Shown one piece after another: positions 20,376 through 30,334 of a stretch of DNA of 64,000 bases (position 1 is its first letter; every line of letters begins with the position of its first letter). The stretch is from an uncultured delta proteobacterium (GTDB lineage Bacteria; Desulfobacterota; Desulfobacteria; Desulfobacterales; JAFDCJ01), in assembly GCA_963769935.1 (NCBI GenBank), contig CAVYNY010000008.1:1-64000 (forward strand). The letters run 5' to 3'. Made by a program: the position numbers and the translations under genes. The notes below the pieces were generated by a model. It saw only the letters and a program-made list of their open reading frames with translations, made no database searches and was not told where the DNA came from.

Positions 20376-21502
20376 AAAGCCTCTGCTATTCTTGATAGAC
20401 CGTCTACCAGGCTGTCCTCGGGGACGGCATATGATATTCTGACGTGACCCGGTGAACCGAACTCTTCTCCGGGCACCACGGCAACACCATGCCGCTCGAG
20501 CAGGCGCCCGGCGAAATCAGCCGATGTCATGCCTTTGTCGAGACGGCGCGAGACATCGGGAAAAAGATAAAATGCCCCCCGGGGTTTGACACAGTCAAAC
20601 AAACCGGAAATTTTGCCGTAGGCATAGTCTCTTTTTCTTTCCAGATCGAAACGCCAGCCGGAAAGGTCCTCATCTCTCAATCCCAGGGCGGCAAGAGCGC
20701 CGTACTGGACGAAGGTGCAGACATTGCCGGTCAAATGGCTTTGCAATCGGTTGACCGCGCTGATGATATCGCGGGAAGCAGCTATATAGCCCAGTCTGAA
20801 ACCGGTCATGTTAAAGCCTTTTGAAAAACTTCGGGTTACAATCAGCTGAGGGCGTATATTCTCAATCGCGAACAAACTCTCAGCTTTAAACCCGTCATAA
20901 ACGTAAAAGTTGTAAGCTTCATCGGCAATAATGTAAAGCCGGTACTTTGAAGCAATTCGTGCAATCTCGGCTAAATCTTTTGCCGGGTAAACCGCACCGG
21001 TGGGGTTGTTGGGCGAGTTGACCAGGATTGCCCGCGTTCTGGGAGATATTGCTGCCTCAATTTTCTCACAGTCCAACTGATGGTCGTGCGTGTCGACAAA
21101 AATCGGGCGACCGCCCGCAAGCTTGACCTGCTGCGGGAAACTTACCCAATACGGCCGCGGTATGATAACTTCGTCATCAGGGTTACAGATAATCTGAAAT
21201 ATTGAATACAGGCACTGTTTCGAACCATTTGAAATAATGATGTTTTTTTCATCATAGCCGCCAAACTGCTGGCCCAGAGCCCATTTCAGCTCTTGCAGAC
21301 CCGCAACCGGCCCATATTTTGTCCGGCCGTCATCCAGCGCCTTTTTGGTAGCTTCGATGACATTTGAAGGCGTATCAAAGGGTGGTTCCCCCACCGCCAG
21401 GTCAATGACATCCCGGCCTTCTTGCCTGAGCTGCTGAAGCAGCAGGGTAAACTGCACGGTCCCGGATGCCTCAATTTGATTGATGCGATCTGATAGCTTC
21501 AT
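20372..21502 (-). CDS. Class I PLP aminotransferase (aspartate/prephenate aminotransferase-like)
   Basis: VGEP, NSPNNPTG, DEAY, SFSKGFNMTGFRLG. Confidence 0.9.
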   Translation of the reverse strand: MKLSDRINQIEASGTVQFTLLLQQLRQEGRDVIDLAVGEPPFDTPSNVIEATKKALDDGRTKYGPVAGLQELKWALGQQFGGYDEKNIIISNGSKQCLYSIFQIICNPDDEVIIPRPYWVSFPQQVKLAGGRPIFVDTHDHQLDCEKIEAAISPRTRAILVNSPNNPTGAVYPAKDLAEIARIASKYRLYIIADEAYNFYVYDGFKAESLFAIENIRPQLIVTRSFSKGFNMTGFRLGYIAASRDIISAVNRLQSHLTGNVCTFVQYGALAALGLRDEDLSGWRFDLERKRDYAYGKISGLFDCVKPRGAFYLFPDVSRRLDKGMTSADFAGRLLERHGVAVVPGEEFGSPGHVRISYAVPEDSLVDGLSRIAEAL

Positions 21503-21604
21503 AATTGTATAATGCCTAAAATGTGCTAAATTGCCTAAGATGCCTAAAATTAAAGAAACTATTCCTTCTTTTCCAATCCGCGTTCCGAAATCTGCAATCT
21601 GAAA

Positions 21605-22699
21605 TCAAAAATTTCCACCCCGTATCCTGCTCCGCTGCCGCAGCGCCAGATCGGCAATGACGAGGGCGGCCATGCACTCGACGATCGGAACGGCCCGCGG
21701 CACCACGCAGGGGTCGTGGCGCCCCCTGGCCTCCAGGGTGGTTTCGTTCCCGTTAAAATCAGTCGTTGCCTGCGCCTGCCCGATGGTTGCCGGCGGTTTG
21801 AAACCCACCCGGAATAAAATCGGCTCACCGTTTGAGATGCCGCCCTGGACTCCCCCGCTGAAGTTGGTCTGCGTCCCTAAGCGATCGCCTTTTTTCACAA
21901 AAGGATCATTATGTCTTGAGCCCGTCATCCGGGTACCCGCAAAGCCTGATCCGATTTCAAAACCCTTGGTTGCCGGAATCGACAGCATGGCCTGGGCCAG
22001 TCGGGCCTCCAATTTATCAAATACCGGCTCACCCAGCCCGGCCGGGACGTGACGACAAATGCAGGTGATAACGCCGCCCAATGAATCCTGCGCTTCGCGG
22101 GCGTCTTTGATCGCCCCCATCATTTGCCGGGCATCATCGTGGTTGGGACAGCGCACTTCTGTTTCGTCCACTTCCCGGCGGGCAATGCAGGTTTCATCGA
22201 CATCGGAGGCGCTGATTGGGCCGACCGAACTCACCCAGGCAACGATTTCTACACCATAATCCTCATACAGAAATTTTTCGGCAATCGCACCGGCCGCCAC
22301 ACGTCCAATGGTTTCCCGGGCACTGGATCTCCCGCCGCCGCTCGCCGCCCGTATTCCGTATTTCATCTGGTAGGTGTAATCGGCGTGCGACGGACGGGGG
22401 ATGGCTCGCAGCGCAGCATAGTCACCCGGTCTTTGATCCCGGTTGGCCACGCTTAGTGCAATGGGTGTACCCAAGACCCGGCCGTGTTCGACGCCGGATA
22501 GAATCGTAACCCGGTCGGCTTCATCCCGGTCGGTTGTCAAACGACTCTGACCGGGACGACGGCGGTCCAACTGCGGCTGAATGTCGCTTTCACTGAGTGC
22601 CATGCCCGGGGGGCATCCGTCAACCACCGCCCCAACCCCCTTGCCATGGGACTCACCGAAAGTGGTTACTTTGAAAATGGTGCCGAATGTGCTCGACAT
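21605..22699 (-). CDS. aroC: Chorismate synthase
   Basis: [28 protein letters not shown]. Confidence 0.98.
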   Translation of the reverse strand: MSSTFGTIFKVTTFGESHGKGVGAVVDGCPPGMALSESDIQPQLDRRRPGQSRLTTDRDEADRVTILSGVEHGRVLGTPIALSVANRDQRPGDYAALRAIPRPSHADYTYQMKYGIRAASGGGRSSARETIGRVAAGAIAEKFLYEDYGVEIVAWVSSVGPISASDVDETCIARREVDETEVRCPNHDDARQMMGAIKDAREAQDSLGGVITCICRHVPAGLGEPVFDKLEARLAQAMLSIPATKGFEIGSGFAGTRMTGSRHNDPFVKKGDRLGTQTNFSGGVQGGISNGEPILFRVGFKPPATIGQAQATTDFNGNETTLEARGRHDPCVVPRAVPIVECMAALVIADLALRQRSRIRGGNF

Positions 22700-22869
22700 T
22701 TATATTGTCTCCGAATTCTTTTTAGACGGTTTTTATCGTATCATCGTATCTCTGACTTATAGACGGCAATTCAAATTGATAAAGCGCGGAGACAAAATAG
22801 TTGATAGTTCATAGCTGATAGCTGATAGTTTAGATGATATCATCATGTTAAACCTCTATTAGCTTTGAG

Positions 22870-23442
22870 CTATGAGCTGTGAGCTTCATTACGCTCCGCA
22901 TCTAATGCTATAAGTTGCCGCATGATTGCCTCGCAGACCTCATCGATTCGCCGACCATCCGTATCTACTAAAAAATCCATAGCCCGTCTGTAACATGGTT
23001 CCCGTTCAAGCAGGGTTTCTTCTATCTCGGCAATACTGTCTTTGGAGCTCAGAGGAGGCCGAAATGCTTCGGTATCCGTGTCCTGCATCATTCTTCTTCT
23101 TATCGTTTCCGGCGCCGCACGCAGCCAGAAAATTTTTCCGGCTGCTTTCATGCCTGCCACATTCGCATCATTGAGCACCACCCCGCCGCCGGTCGCCACC
23201 ACCTGTTGATTTTGATCGCAGACCCGTTTGACAACTTCGTGCTCAAATTTGCGAAACTCCTGCCAGCCGCAGTTTTCAACGATTTCTCTGATGCTTGTCT
23301 GCTTCTCGGCAACCAACAAAGAATCCGTATCTGCAAAATGCCAACCCAACCTGGCCGCAAGCAACCTGCCCACCGATGATTTGCCGGTGCAGCGGTATCC
23401 GATCAAAAAAACATTGTTTGGGTTGATGGGTTCAGCGTTCAA
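22870..23442 (-). CDS. aroK: Shikimate kinase
   Basis: GYRCTGKSSVG, DTD, ATGGG, RPPL; start uncertain (lies in a repeat). Confidence 0.92.
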   Translation of the reverse strand: MNAEPINPNNVFLIGYRCTGKSSVGRLLAARLGWHFADTDSLLVAEKQTSIREIVENCGWQEFRKFEHEVVKRVCDQNQQVVATGGGVVLNDANVAGMKAAGKIFWLRAAPETIRRRMMQDTDTEAFRPPLSSKDSIAEIEETLLEREPCYRRAMDFLVDTDGRRIDEVCEAIMRQLIALDAERNEAHSS

Positions 23443-23657
23443 CGTTCAGGGTTTACCTCTCCATGCAGGTTCAAAGGTTCATGGTTCAGGGTTAGCTTCC
23501 TTAAATTGGATCGGGCCTATATACAAGATTAAGTCCAGGGAACTTAGCATCTTGAATTCACCCTACCCAGCCACCCCCGTCAAGGAGAAGGAGATCTATA
23601 GATCGTTTTTTAAAAGAGACGGAACACCTTAAATATTCAATCGGCAATCTTCAATAT

Positions 23658-24923
23658 TCAATTATAGAGCCCTTCGAAAACGTTCCAGAATTCGGGAAAT
23701 GACTTCTCTACGCAGCGCTCCGCCAGAATAAATGTCCCTGGAGTGACCAGCCCTGCAACCGCAAAGCTCATGGCAATGCGGTGATCTGCGTAAGTTTGGA
23801 TTTCAGCTCCGTGCGGCGTGCCCCCCGTAACGATCAATTCCTTGTCGCTGCAACGGGCCTGAATCCCCATTTTGACGAGCTCGTTGACAACCGAACTTAA
23901 CCGGTTACTCTCTTTGGCCTTGAGATGGGAAACATTCTTGATGACCGTTGTCCCTTCGGCAAAGGCTGCAACCACCGCCAGGGTCGGCACCATGTCCGGC
24001 ATGTCGCCCATGTCGATCTCGGCTGCCCGCAGGTGTCTGCCGGCAACTGTAATGCCATCGTGCTCCCTTTTGACTTCGCAGCCCATGTTTGCCAGCAGCT
24101 GCGCAAAATTGACGTCCCCCTGCCTGGAATCTTCCGTGACGCCTTTAACTTTGATCCGGGTTCCGCAAACGGCGGCGGCGGCCCAAAAATAACCGGCCTG
24201 GGAGGCATCCGGTTCGACCGCATATGCGCCCGCCCGATAGGATTGTTGGCCGGCAACCAGAAAGCGGCCATATTCTTCTCGGCCGACCGCTACGCCGAAC
24301 TTATTCATGACATCGATCGTCATGTCCACGTACGGCTTGGATACCGGGCCTTCAGAGACTGCGATATCCAGACCCTTTTCGGTACAGGGCGCGATCAAAA
24401 GCAAGGCGGAAAGATACTGGCTGCTCGTGCGGCAGTTGATGGTCACCGGACCACCCTTTAAGGGGCCGCCATGAATTTCAACCGGTGGACAACCATTGCG
24501 ATTTGTAGATCGGATCTGCACGCCGAGCTGGTGCAGGGCATCGATAAGATCCTGGATCGGCCGTTCAGCCATCCGTTCGGTTCCGAACAAAGTCAGGCTC
24601 TGTCGGCCGAGGGCGGCGACGGCGGTCAGCAGGCGCATGGAAGTACCGGAATTTCCAAGATAAATGCGATCCACACCTGGCTTGAGATGCCCTTTGCTTC
24701 CTTGAACGATGAACCGGCCCTCAGGGGCATCCGCGATGCGAATCCCCATCTGCCTGAGGGCCTGCATGGTCAGCCGGGTATCTTCCGCGAGCAGCGCATT
24801 TTCGATCCGGCATGCGCCATCCGACAGCGCGGAGGCAATCAGAATCCGGTGGGTATAGCTTTTGGAACCCGGAACGCTGACTTCAGCATATGGTTTTATG
24901 TGATGCGGCTTGATTTCGATCAT
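23658..24923 (-). CDS. aroA: EPSP synthase
   Basis: PGSKS, GNSGTSMR, SSQY, KESNR, DHRIAM. Confidence 0.97.
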   Translation of the reverse strand: MIEIKPHHIKPYAEVSVPGSKSYTHRILIASALSDGACRIENALLAEDTRLTMQALRQMGIRIADAPEGRFIVQGSKGHLKPGVDRIYLGNSGTSMRLLTAVAALGRQSLTLFGTERMAERPIQDLIDALHQLGVQIRSTNRNGCPPVEIHGGPLKGGPVTINCRTSSQYLSALLLIAPCTEKGLDIAVSEGPVSKPYVDMTIDVMNKFGVAVGREEYGRFLVAGQQSYRAGAYAVEPDASQAGYFWAAAAVCGTRIKVKGVTEDSRQGDVNFAQLLANMGCEVKREHDGITVAGRHLRAAEIDMGDMPDMVPTLAVVAAFAEGTTVIKNVSHLKAKESNRLSSVVNELVKMGIQARCSDKELIVTGGTPHGAEIQTYADHRIAMSFAVAGLVTPGTFILAERCVEKSFPEFWNVFEGLYN

Positions 24924-25075
24924 CGTCTATCAAAAAGTTTTTCGCTATTGTCAAAGTGTCAATCGAGACTTAACAATTGCGGGATTCATCCAACGGCTGG
25001 GAGGCTAGGGTGATAGGTGGCGGGAAGCACGCAGCAATTAATCTTTCAAGCCTTCCAGCTTTCCAGCTTCAAGCG

Positions 25076-26194
25076 TTAATGGTTTGACAGCGCTTCCAAC
25101 ACCACCTTGCGCATAACATCCACCGGTGCTTTCTGGCCGGTCCACAACTCAAACTGCACCGCTCCCTGATGTACCAACATGGCAACACCGTCTATGGTGG
25201 TGCATCCTTTTTTTTCCGCTTCCCTCAAAAAACGGGTTTCCAACGGGTTATATACCAGGTCCATGACAATCATTCCGCCTTCAAGCAGCGCGGCATTCAG
25301 AGGGGTGTCGGTTTCATGCGGCGTCATTCCGGCTGATGTGGCATTGATGACGATACTATAGGGCAGCCGCCGTACTTCCGCAAGAGGCTTGAATTCACAA
25401 TCCAGGTCGGCGGCAAGTGATTCGCCGCTCTGCTTTGAGCGGTTGATAATGGTCAGCCGCCCTCCTTCCTGCCGGATGCCGAACCCAACGGCCCGGGCGC
25501 TTCCGCCGGCCCCGATCACCGCTACTTCCCTGCCGTGAATGCCGATTTTTTCCGCAAGCGCTTTAATGGCACCGGTACAATCTGAGTTGTAGCCGCAAAG
25601 AGCTCCCTGCCGGTTTACAATTGTATTGACCGCACCAATTTTCCGGGCCAGCGCGTCTACCTGGTCGAGGTATTTCATGACGCCGACTTTATGAGGAATG
25701 GTGATGCTGACACCCCGTATATCCAGGGCTCGCACGCCCCTAACCGCTGCCGCGATGTCTTTGACCCTGAATGCTAAATAGACACCCTCGCAACCGGTCT
25801 GGGCGAGCGCACTGTTGTGCATGACGGGGCTGAGGCTGTGGCTTACCGGATCTCCGAAAACAGCATAAATCGGAGGCAATTCGCTTCCGAATTGCATTTT
25901 TTGAATGTCGCGGCCGGAATCAATGATGCTTCTGAATATGCGATAAAGCGATGCGGATTTTAATGCTCCGATACTCCGAGTCAAGAGTCTGGAATAAATT
26001 TCACTTTCGCGCCGTTTATCGACCACTGCGATCCCGGATTTGCGCTTGATTCTGCCGATGGCTTGGGCGGCCGCCAGCCGCCGGTTGATCAGTCCAAGGA
26101 TCTGATCATCGATATCGTCGATGCGCCGCCTGAGGGCTTCGATCTCAGCCCCGGGGGTGTCTGATTGGTTTTCTTTGTTAGTTGGTTTGTCCAT
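25076..26194 (-). CDS. aroE: Chorismate mutase (AroQ-type)-shikimate dehydrogenase fusion
   Basis: N-term LRRRIDDID..RL..IGRIK..RE; C-term HSLSPVMHN, VTIPHK-like motif, GAVNT, DLVYNP. Confidence 0.9.
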   Translation of the reverse strand: MDKPTNKENQSDTPGAEIEALRRRIDDIDDQILGLINRRLAAAQAIGRIKRKSGIAVVDKRRESEIYSRLLTRSIGALKSASLYRIFRSIIDSGRDIQKMQFGSELPPIYAVFGDPVSHSLSPVMHNSALAQTGCEGVYLAFRVKDIAAAVRGVRALDIRGVSITIPHKVGVMKYLDQVDALARKIGAVNTIVNRQGALCGYNSDCTGAIKALAEKIGIHGREVAVIGAGGSARAVGFGIRQEGGRLTIINRSKQSGESLAADLDCEFKPLAEVRRLPYSIVINATSAGMTPHETDTPLNAALLEGGMIVMDLVYNPLETRFLREAEKKGCTTIDGVAMLVHQGAVQFELWTGQKAPVDVMRKVVLEALSNH

Positions 26195-26282
26195 GATGTC
26201 AAAATGGGACACGGATAAACACCGATTGCACGGATATATTGTTTGAGGTCATTGATAGAGAATAGCTTCTGAATCCTGCTAA

Positions 26283-26438
26283 GGGCTCACTCAAAAATAA
26301 CTTCACATTTTATACGCCGATGCATCCCGCCCGACTGCGTTGCGAAAGCTCGGAATATCCAGATATTCCTGCGTTTTCGCGCCTTGCCGGACGAGCGCCT
26401 CAACGCCTAAAACCGTGAATTAATTTTTTCGTGAACCC
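26283..26438. mobile_element. 156-bp MITE copy 1 (TAA target duplication)
   Basis: Imperfect TIRs GGGCTCAC/GTGAACCC flanked by TAA; near-identical inverted copy at 55804-55959. Confidence 0.88.
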
Positions 26439-26527
26439 TAAGCTAGGCCGAGAAGGCCCCACTTACTACTCCGTGAAGATCTGTAAAAATCTGTGTCCTT
26501 TAATTTCAATTAGCTGAATTGGTGCCT

Positions 26528-27550
26528 TTATTTTTCAACCAACTCTTCCAGTTCCTGAATTGCAATTTCTTCAACATAGGCTTGGCCGATTTCACTGAGC
26601 AGCACAAAATGTATCCGATCCCCTTCCCTTTTTTTATCCTTTCGAATCGCTTCAAGCACCTGGTTGCGGTCAAATTGGAGCCGGACGGGCAGGCCGAATT
26701 TTTCAAGCAACCGGGCAATCCGGGCTGAATCTTTACTCGTCAGACTGCCTTTTTTCACCCCCAGTTCGCAGGCCAGCACCATTCCGGCGCTGACGGCTTC
26801 CCCGTGGCGAACCTGCGTAATTTTTTCGATGGCATGGCCGAAAGTATGACCGAAATTAAGTTTGCGGCGCGCGCCTTTTTCCTTTTCATCGAGGCTGACG
26901 ATAGATGATTTTATGATCACCGAATCGTATACCAATTTCTCGATAACCGCCCGGTCCAGGGACAGGGCTCTGTCGGAATTTTCTTCCAGATAGGCGAAAA
27001 GGTCTTGGTCGGCGATGGCGCCGTGTTTGATAATCTCGGCGAAACCGCTCAGGATTTCGCTTTGAGGAAGCGTTGTTAGAAGATCGAGGTCACAGATGAC
27101 AAATTCGGGCTGATTAAAGACGCCCACGATATTTTTGAAACCACCGAAATTGACCCCGTTTTTACCGCCCACACTGGCGTCCACCTGGGCCAGCAGGGTG
27201 CTTGACACAAACCCGAACCGCACCCCCCGCATGTAGGTGGAAGCGACGAAACCGGCAATGTCGCAAACGATTCCGCCGCCGATTCCGACAATAAAAGAAG
27301 ATCGGTCGGCCCCGAGCGTCAGTAATTGCTCATAAATGCAACGGACGGTGTCGATGCTTTTTATTTTTTCACCGGTTGCGGTTGCAATGACAGGTCCCGG
27401 CGGAAAATGCTTCCCCCAGTAATCCTGCACGTTGGTATCGGTGACGATAATGGGCGTTTTCACCGGCAGGTGCTTGGTCAGGTTCTGCAGCCGCTCACCG
27501 ATCATGATCATGGAATCTGCGGCCGCAGTTTTTATGTTCACTATCTTCAT
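26528..27550 (-). CDS. aroB: 3-dehydroquinate synthase
   Basis: GGGIVCD, QVDASVGGK, LNFGHT, HGEAV; ATGA overlap with upstream gene. Confidence 0.96.
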   Translation of the reverse strand: MKIVNIKTAAADSMIMIGERLQNLTKHLPVKTPIIVTDTNVQDYWGKHFPPGPVIATATGEKIKSIDTVRCIYEQLLTLGADRSSFIVGIGGGIVCDIAGFVASTYMRGVRFGFVSSTLLAQVDASVGGKNGVNFGGFKNIVGVFNQPEFVICDLDLLTTLPQSEILSGFAEIIKHGAIADQDLFAYLEENSDRALSLDRAVIEKLVYDSVIIKSSIVSLDEKEKGARRKLNFGHTFGHAIEKITQVRHGEAVSAGMVLACELGVKKGSLTSKDSARIARLLEKFGLPVRLQFDRNQVLEAIRKDKKREGDRIHFVLLSEIGQAYVEEIAIQELEELVEK

Positions 27551-28632
27551 AAAGCGTTCACCCAGCGGTCGGAACTGTTCGTTTTCGAGGAGTTTACCAG
27601 TTTCTCGGCCGCCGTCAGCAGCAGGCGTTCGGTGGTCTCCCAGGAAATGCACTCATCTGTGATGGATACACCGTATTGGAGAGAAGCAAGATTCCCGCTG
27701 AATTTCTGATTGCCTTCATACAGATTGCTTTCCAGCATAAGGCCGAATATCGCATCGTTGCCGGCGATATACTGGTCGATCACATTGCGCCAGACGATGG
27801 CCTGACCCTGGAATTTTTTCATCGAGTTGCCATGAGAACAGTCCACCATAATGGCCTCGGGCAGTTTTTTTTCAATCAGGTTCAGGCGGGCTTCTTCAAT
27901 ACTGATGGGATCGTAATTGGGTCGCCGGCCTCCCCGCAATACGATATGCGTCCACGGATTTCCGCCGGTTTGCACGATGCAGGTTTGACCGTTTTGATTA
28001 ATACCCAAAAAACTTTGGGCTGTTTTGGCCGCCAGGATAGCGTTTATGGCCGAAGACAAATTGCCGTCGGTACCATTTTTAAACCCAACCGGCATGGAAA
28101 GACCGCTGGCCATTTCACGGTGCGTCTGGGACTCCGTTGTTCGGGCGCCGATGCAGGCCCAGGTGACAAGATCGGCCACATACTGGGGGGTGATCGTTTC
28201 AAGGAATTCGGTGGCAGCCGGAACTCCTGTTTCATTAATCTGCAGCAGTATGCGGCGCGCTTTCTGCAATCCTTCCATGATATCACAGGTGCCGTCCATC
28301 CGCGGATCGTTGATTAATCCTTTCCACCCAACAGATGTCCGGGGCTTTTCAAAATAAACACGCATGATCACCAAGAGCGCTTCGCCGACCTTTTCTCTGA
28401 TTTTTCTGAGTTTGTCGGCATATTCATAGGCCGCCGCTTCATCATGGATAGAACAGGGACCGGCGATTACCAGAAGCCGTTTGTCTTTGCGGCTTATAAT
28501 CTCTTCGATGGCCTTTCTGCCGGACAGCACGGTATTGCTGGCCTCCCGGCTGATGGCAAGCTTCTGCTTCAACGAACTCGGCTCCATGAGCTGCCGATAT
28601 CCTTTCACGCGCAGATCATCGGTTGGTTTCAT
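27547..28632 (-). CDS. aroG: DAHP synthase class I-alpha
   Basis: GPCSIHD, RVYFEKPRT, GWKGLINDP, IGARTTESQ, DCSHGNS. Confidence 0.95.
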   Translation of the reverse strand: MKPTDDLRVKGYRQLMEPSSLKQKLAISREASNTVLSGRKAIEEIISRKDKRLLVIAGPCSIHDEAAAYEYADKLRKIREKVGEALLVIMRVYFEKPRTSVGWKGLINDPRMDGTCDIMEGLQKARRILLQINETGVPAATEFLETITPQYVADLVTWACIGARTTESQTHREMASGLSMPVGFKNGTDGNLSSAINAILAAKTAQSFLGINQNGQTCIVQTGGNPWTHIVLRGGRRPNYDPISIEEARLNLIEKKLPEAIMVDCSHGNSMKKFQGQAIVWRNVIDQYIAGNDAIFGLMLESNLYEGNQKFSGNLASLQYGVSITDECISWETTERLLLTAAEKLVNSSKTNSSDRWVNAL

Positions 28633-28714
28633 AATTCTTCCCCTCTGTTAGACTTGGTCTATTTGAGCTGCCAAAGTCTTAATTGTCCGGATTACCTTTA
28701 ATGCCGGTCATAAA

Positions 28715-28753
28715 ACAAAAAAACCGTGAGCTTTAAGTTCTGCCCACGGTTTT
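28715..28753 (-). terminator. Attenuator terminator of the leftward aro operon
   Basis: ACCGTGGGC-loop-GCTCACGGT followed by T run on minus strand. Confidence 0.85.
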
Positions 28754-28781
28754 GTATGCTTAATTATTTTGCTGTATCTTT

Positions 28782-28865
28782 TCAGCGCACCCCAGGCAGA
28801 CCGATGCCATTAAAATAATACCAATAATAAAAATAAGCATGGTTGCCAGAAAAGATTTGCGCCAC
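28782..28865 (-). CDS. Aromatic amino acid leader peptide MAQIFSGNHAYFYYWYYFNGIGLPGVR
   Basis: AAGGA RBS, GTG start, 8 consecutive Tyr/Phe/Trp codons, downstream terminator. Confidence 0.85.
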   Translation of the reverse strand: MAQIFSGNHAYFYYWYYFNGIGLPGVR

Positions 28866-29090
28866 GTTGCGGTCCTTTATAATTTTTTTCTATCGTGGAA
28901 ATGAGAGTATAGAATTGAATTCTGCGTGTCAAGTTCTTTTTTTAGTGCCCCACCCCCCCCTGTGAATCCCGCTTTCTTTGGGGCTCCAAAAGCCGAAGAT
29001 TCTTTTACGGTTAATGCGGCCGTTGCGATGGCCGGCGGTTTGGCTGACATTTTGAAATCTTGGGCCTTGAAACGATTTTAAAAAAAGATA

Positions 29091-29120
29091 TTGACAAGTA
29101 AAAAAGAATTTAGCTATGCT
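29091..29120 (+). promoter_or_regulatory. Sigma70 promoter for leader-aroF-pheA
   Basis: TTGACA-18 bp-TATGCT. Confidence 0.65.
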
Positions 29121-29148
29121 GACACGACTTATCAATGGGATCAAGAAA

Positions 29149-29232
29149 ATGAAGACAATTTATGTGACAAAAGGATATTTTAATTTCGGACGCTTCTTTT
29201 TTAATTTTAGAGGCGTCCATCCGGCCGGTTAA
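29149..29232 (+). CDS. Phe-rich leader peptide MKTIYVTKGYFNFGRFFFNFRGVHPAG
   Basis: 6 Phe codons within 10 codons; alternative hairpins and terminators follow. Confidence 0.85.
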   Translation: MKTIYVTKGYFNFGRFFFNFRGVHPAG

Positions 29233-29254
29233 CGCGAACCTACAGCTGTTATAA

Positions 29255-29332
29255 CCCCCGGGTGGACTTGAGCGCCGCCCGGGGAGTTTTTGTTTTTAAA
29301 AGGCCCCGGGAAAAATCCCGGGGTCTTTTTTT
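29255..29332 (+). terminator. Two tandem intrinsic terminators (attenuator)
   Basis: CCCCGGGTGG..CCGCCCGGGG+T run, and GGCCCCGGGA..TCCCGGGGTC+T7. Confidence 0.85.
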
Positions 29333-29488
29333 ATTGAGGCAATAATTAATGTCTCATAATTGAATAAATTGTTGTGCATACATGCAAAGCGTTGTGTATA
29401 TGTGACGCCCTGCGGTCGGCTTAGATTCAATCGATTCAAAGGGCCAATCAGCAATTTATCTAAACGCTTTGTATAAAGGAAAGTCATT

Positions 29489-30313
29489 ATGAAAAACATT
29501 AAACTAGCGATGCGTGAAACGGAACAGCGCACCATCATCAACATATGCGATGTCGCAGTCGGTCGGGATTTTACCGTAATCGCCGGCCCCTGCAGCGTGG
29601 AGAACGAGGAGCAGATGTTCGAATCCGCGCGGGCGGTCAAAGCCGCCGGGGCGGACATGCTGCGCGGCGGTGCTTTTAAACCCCGCACATCACCTTACGC
29701 TTTTCAGGGGCTGGGTTTAAACGGCTTGAAGCTGCTGTCCCAGGCAGGTAAAGAGACCGGGCTGCCGATTGTCACCGAGGTTATCGATCCGCGGGATGTC
29801 TCCTGGGTGGCTGAATTTGCGGATGTCCTGCAGATCGGAACCCGCAACATGCAGAACTACTCCCTGCTCAAAGAGGTCGGTCAGGCCGGACGGCCGGTGC
29901 TGCTCAAGCGAGGCATGTATTCAACCCTTGAGGAATGGTTGAACTGCGCCGAGTACATCCTCAGCGAAGGCAATCCGAACGTAATCCTCTGCGAACGGGG
30001 CATCCGAACCTTTGAAACCTACACCCGCAACACACTGGATCTGAGTGCGGTGCCGGCTATCAAGGAGCTGACCCATCTGCCCATCATTATTGATCCCACC
30101 CACAGCACCGGTCGTGTCAGCCTGATCGGCCCCATGAGCCTGGCGGCTGTCGCGGCAGGCGCGGATGGTTTGATGGTGGAGGTTCATTATAATCCCGCCG
30201 CAGCCCTGTGCGACGCCGACCAGGCACTCACTCCCCCAATTTTCGCGGATATCATGGAGCGCCTGCGGCCCTTGAAAACATTCATGGATAGCCTGCCGAC
30301 TAGTAGCAAATAA
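29489..30313 (+). CDS. aroF: DAHP synthase class I-beta (no obvious regulatory domain)
   Basis: [40 protein letters not shown]. Confidence 0.94.
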   Translation: MKNIKLAMRETEQRTIINICDVAVGRDFTVIAGPCSVENEEQMFESARAVKAAGADMLRGGAFKPRTSPYAFQGLGLNGLKLLSQAGKETGLPIVTEVIDPRDVSWVAEFADVLQIGTRNMQNYSLLKEVGQAGRPVLLKRGMYSTLEEWLNCAEYILSEGNPNVILCERGIRTFETYTRNTLDLSAVPAIKELTHLPIIIDPTHSTGRVSLIGPMSLAAVAAGADGLMVEVHYNPAAALCDADQALTPPIFADIMERLRPLKTFMDSLPTSSK

Positions 30314-30334
30314 CAAATTCGAGGAGATAAAAAA

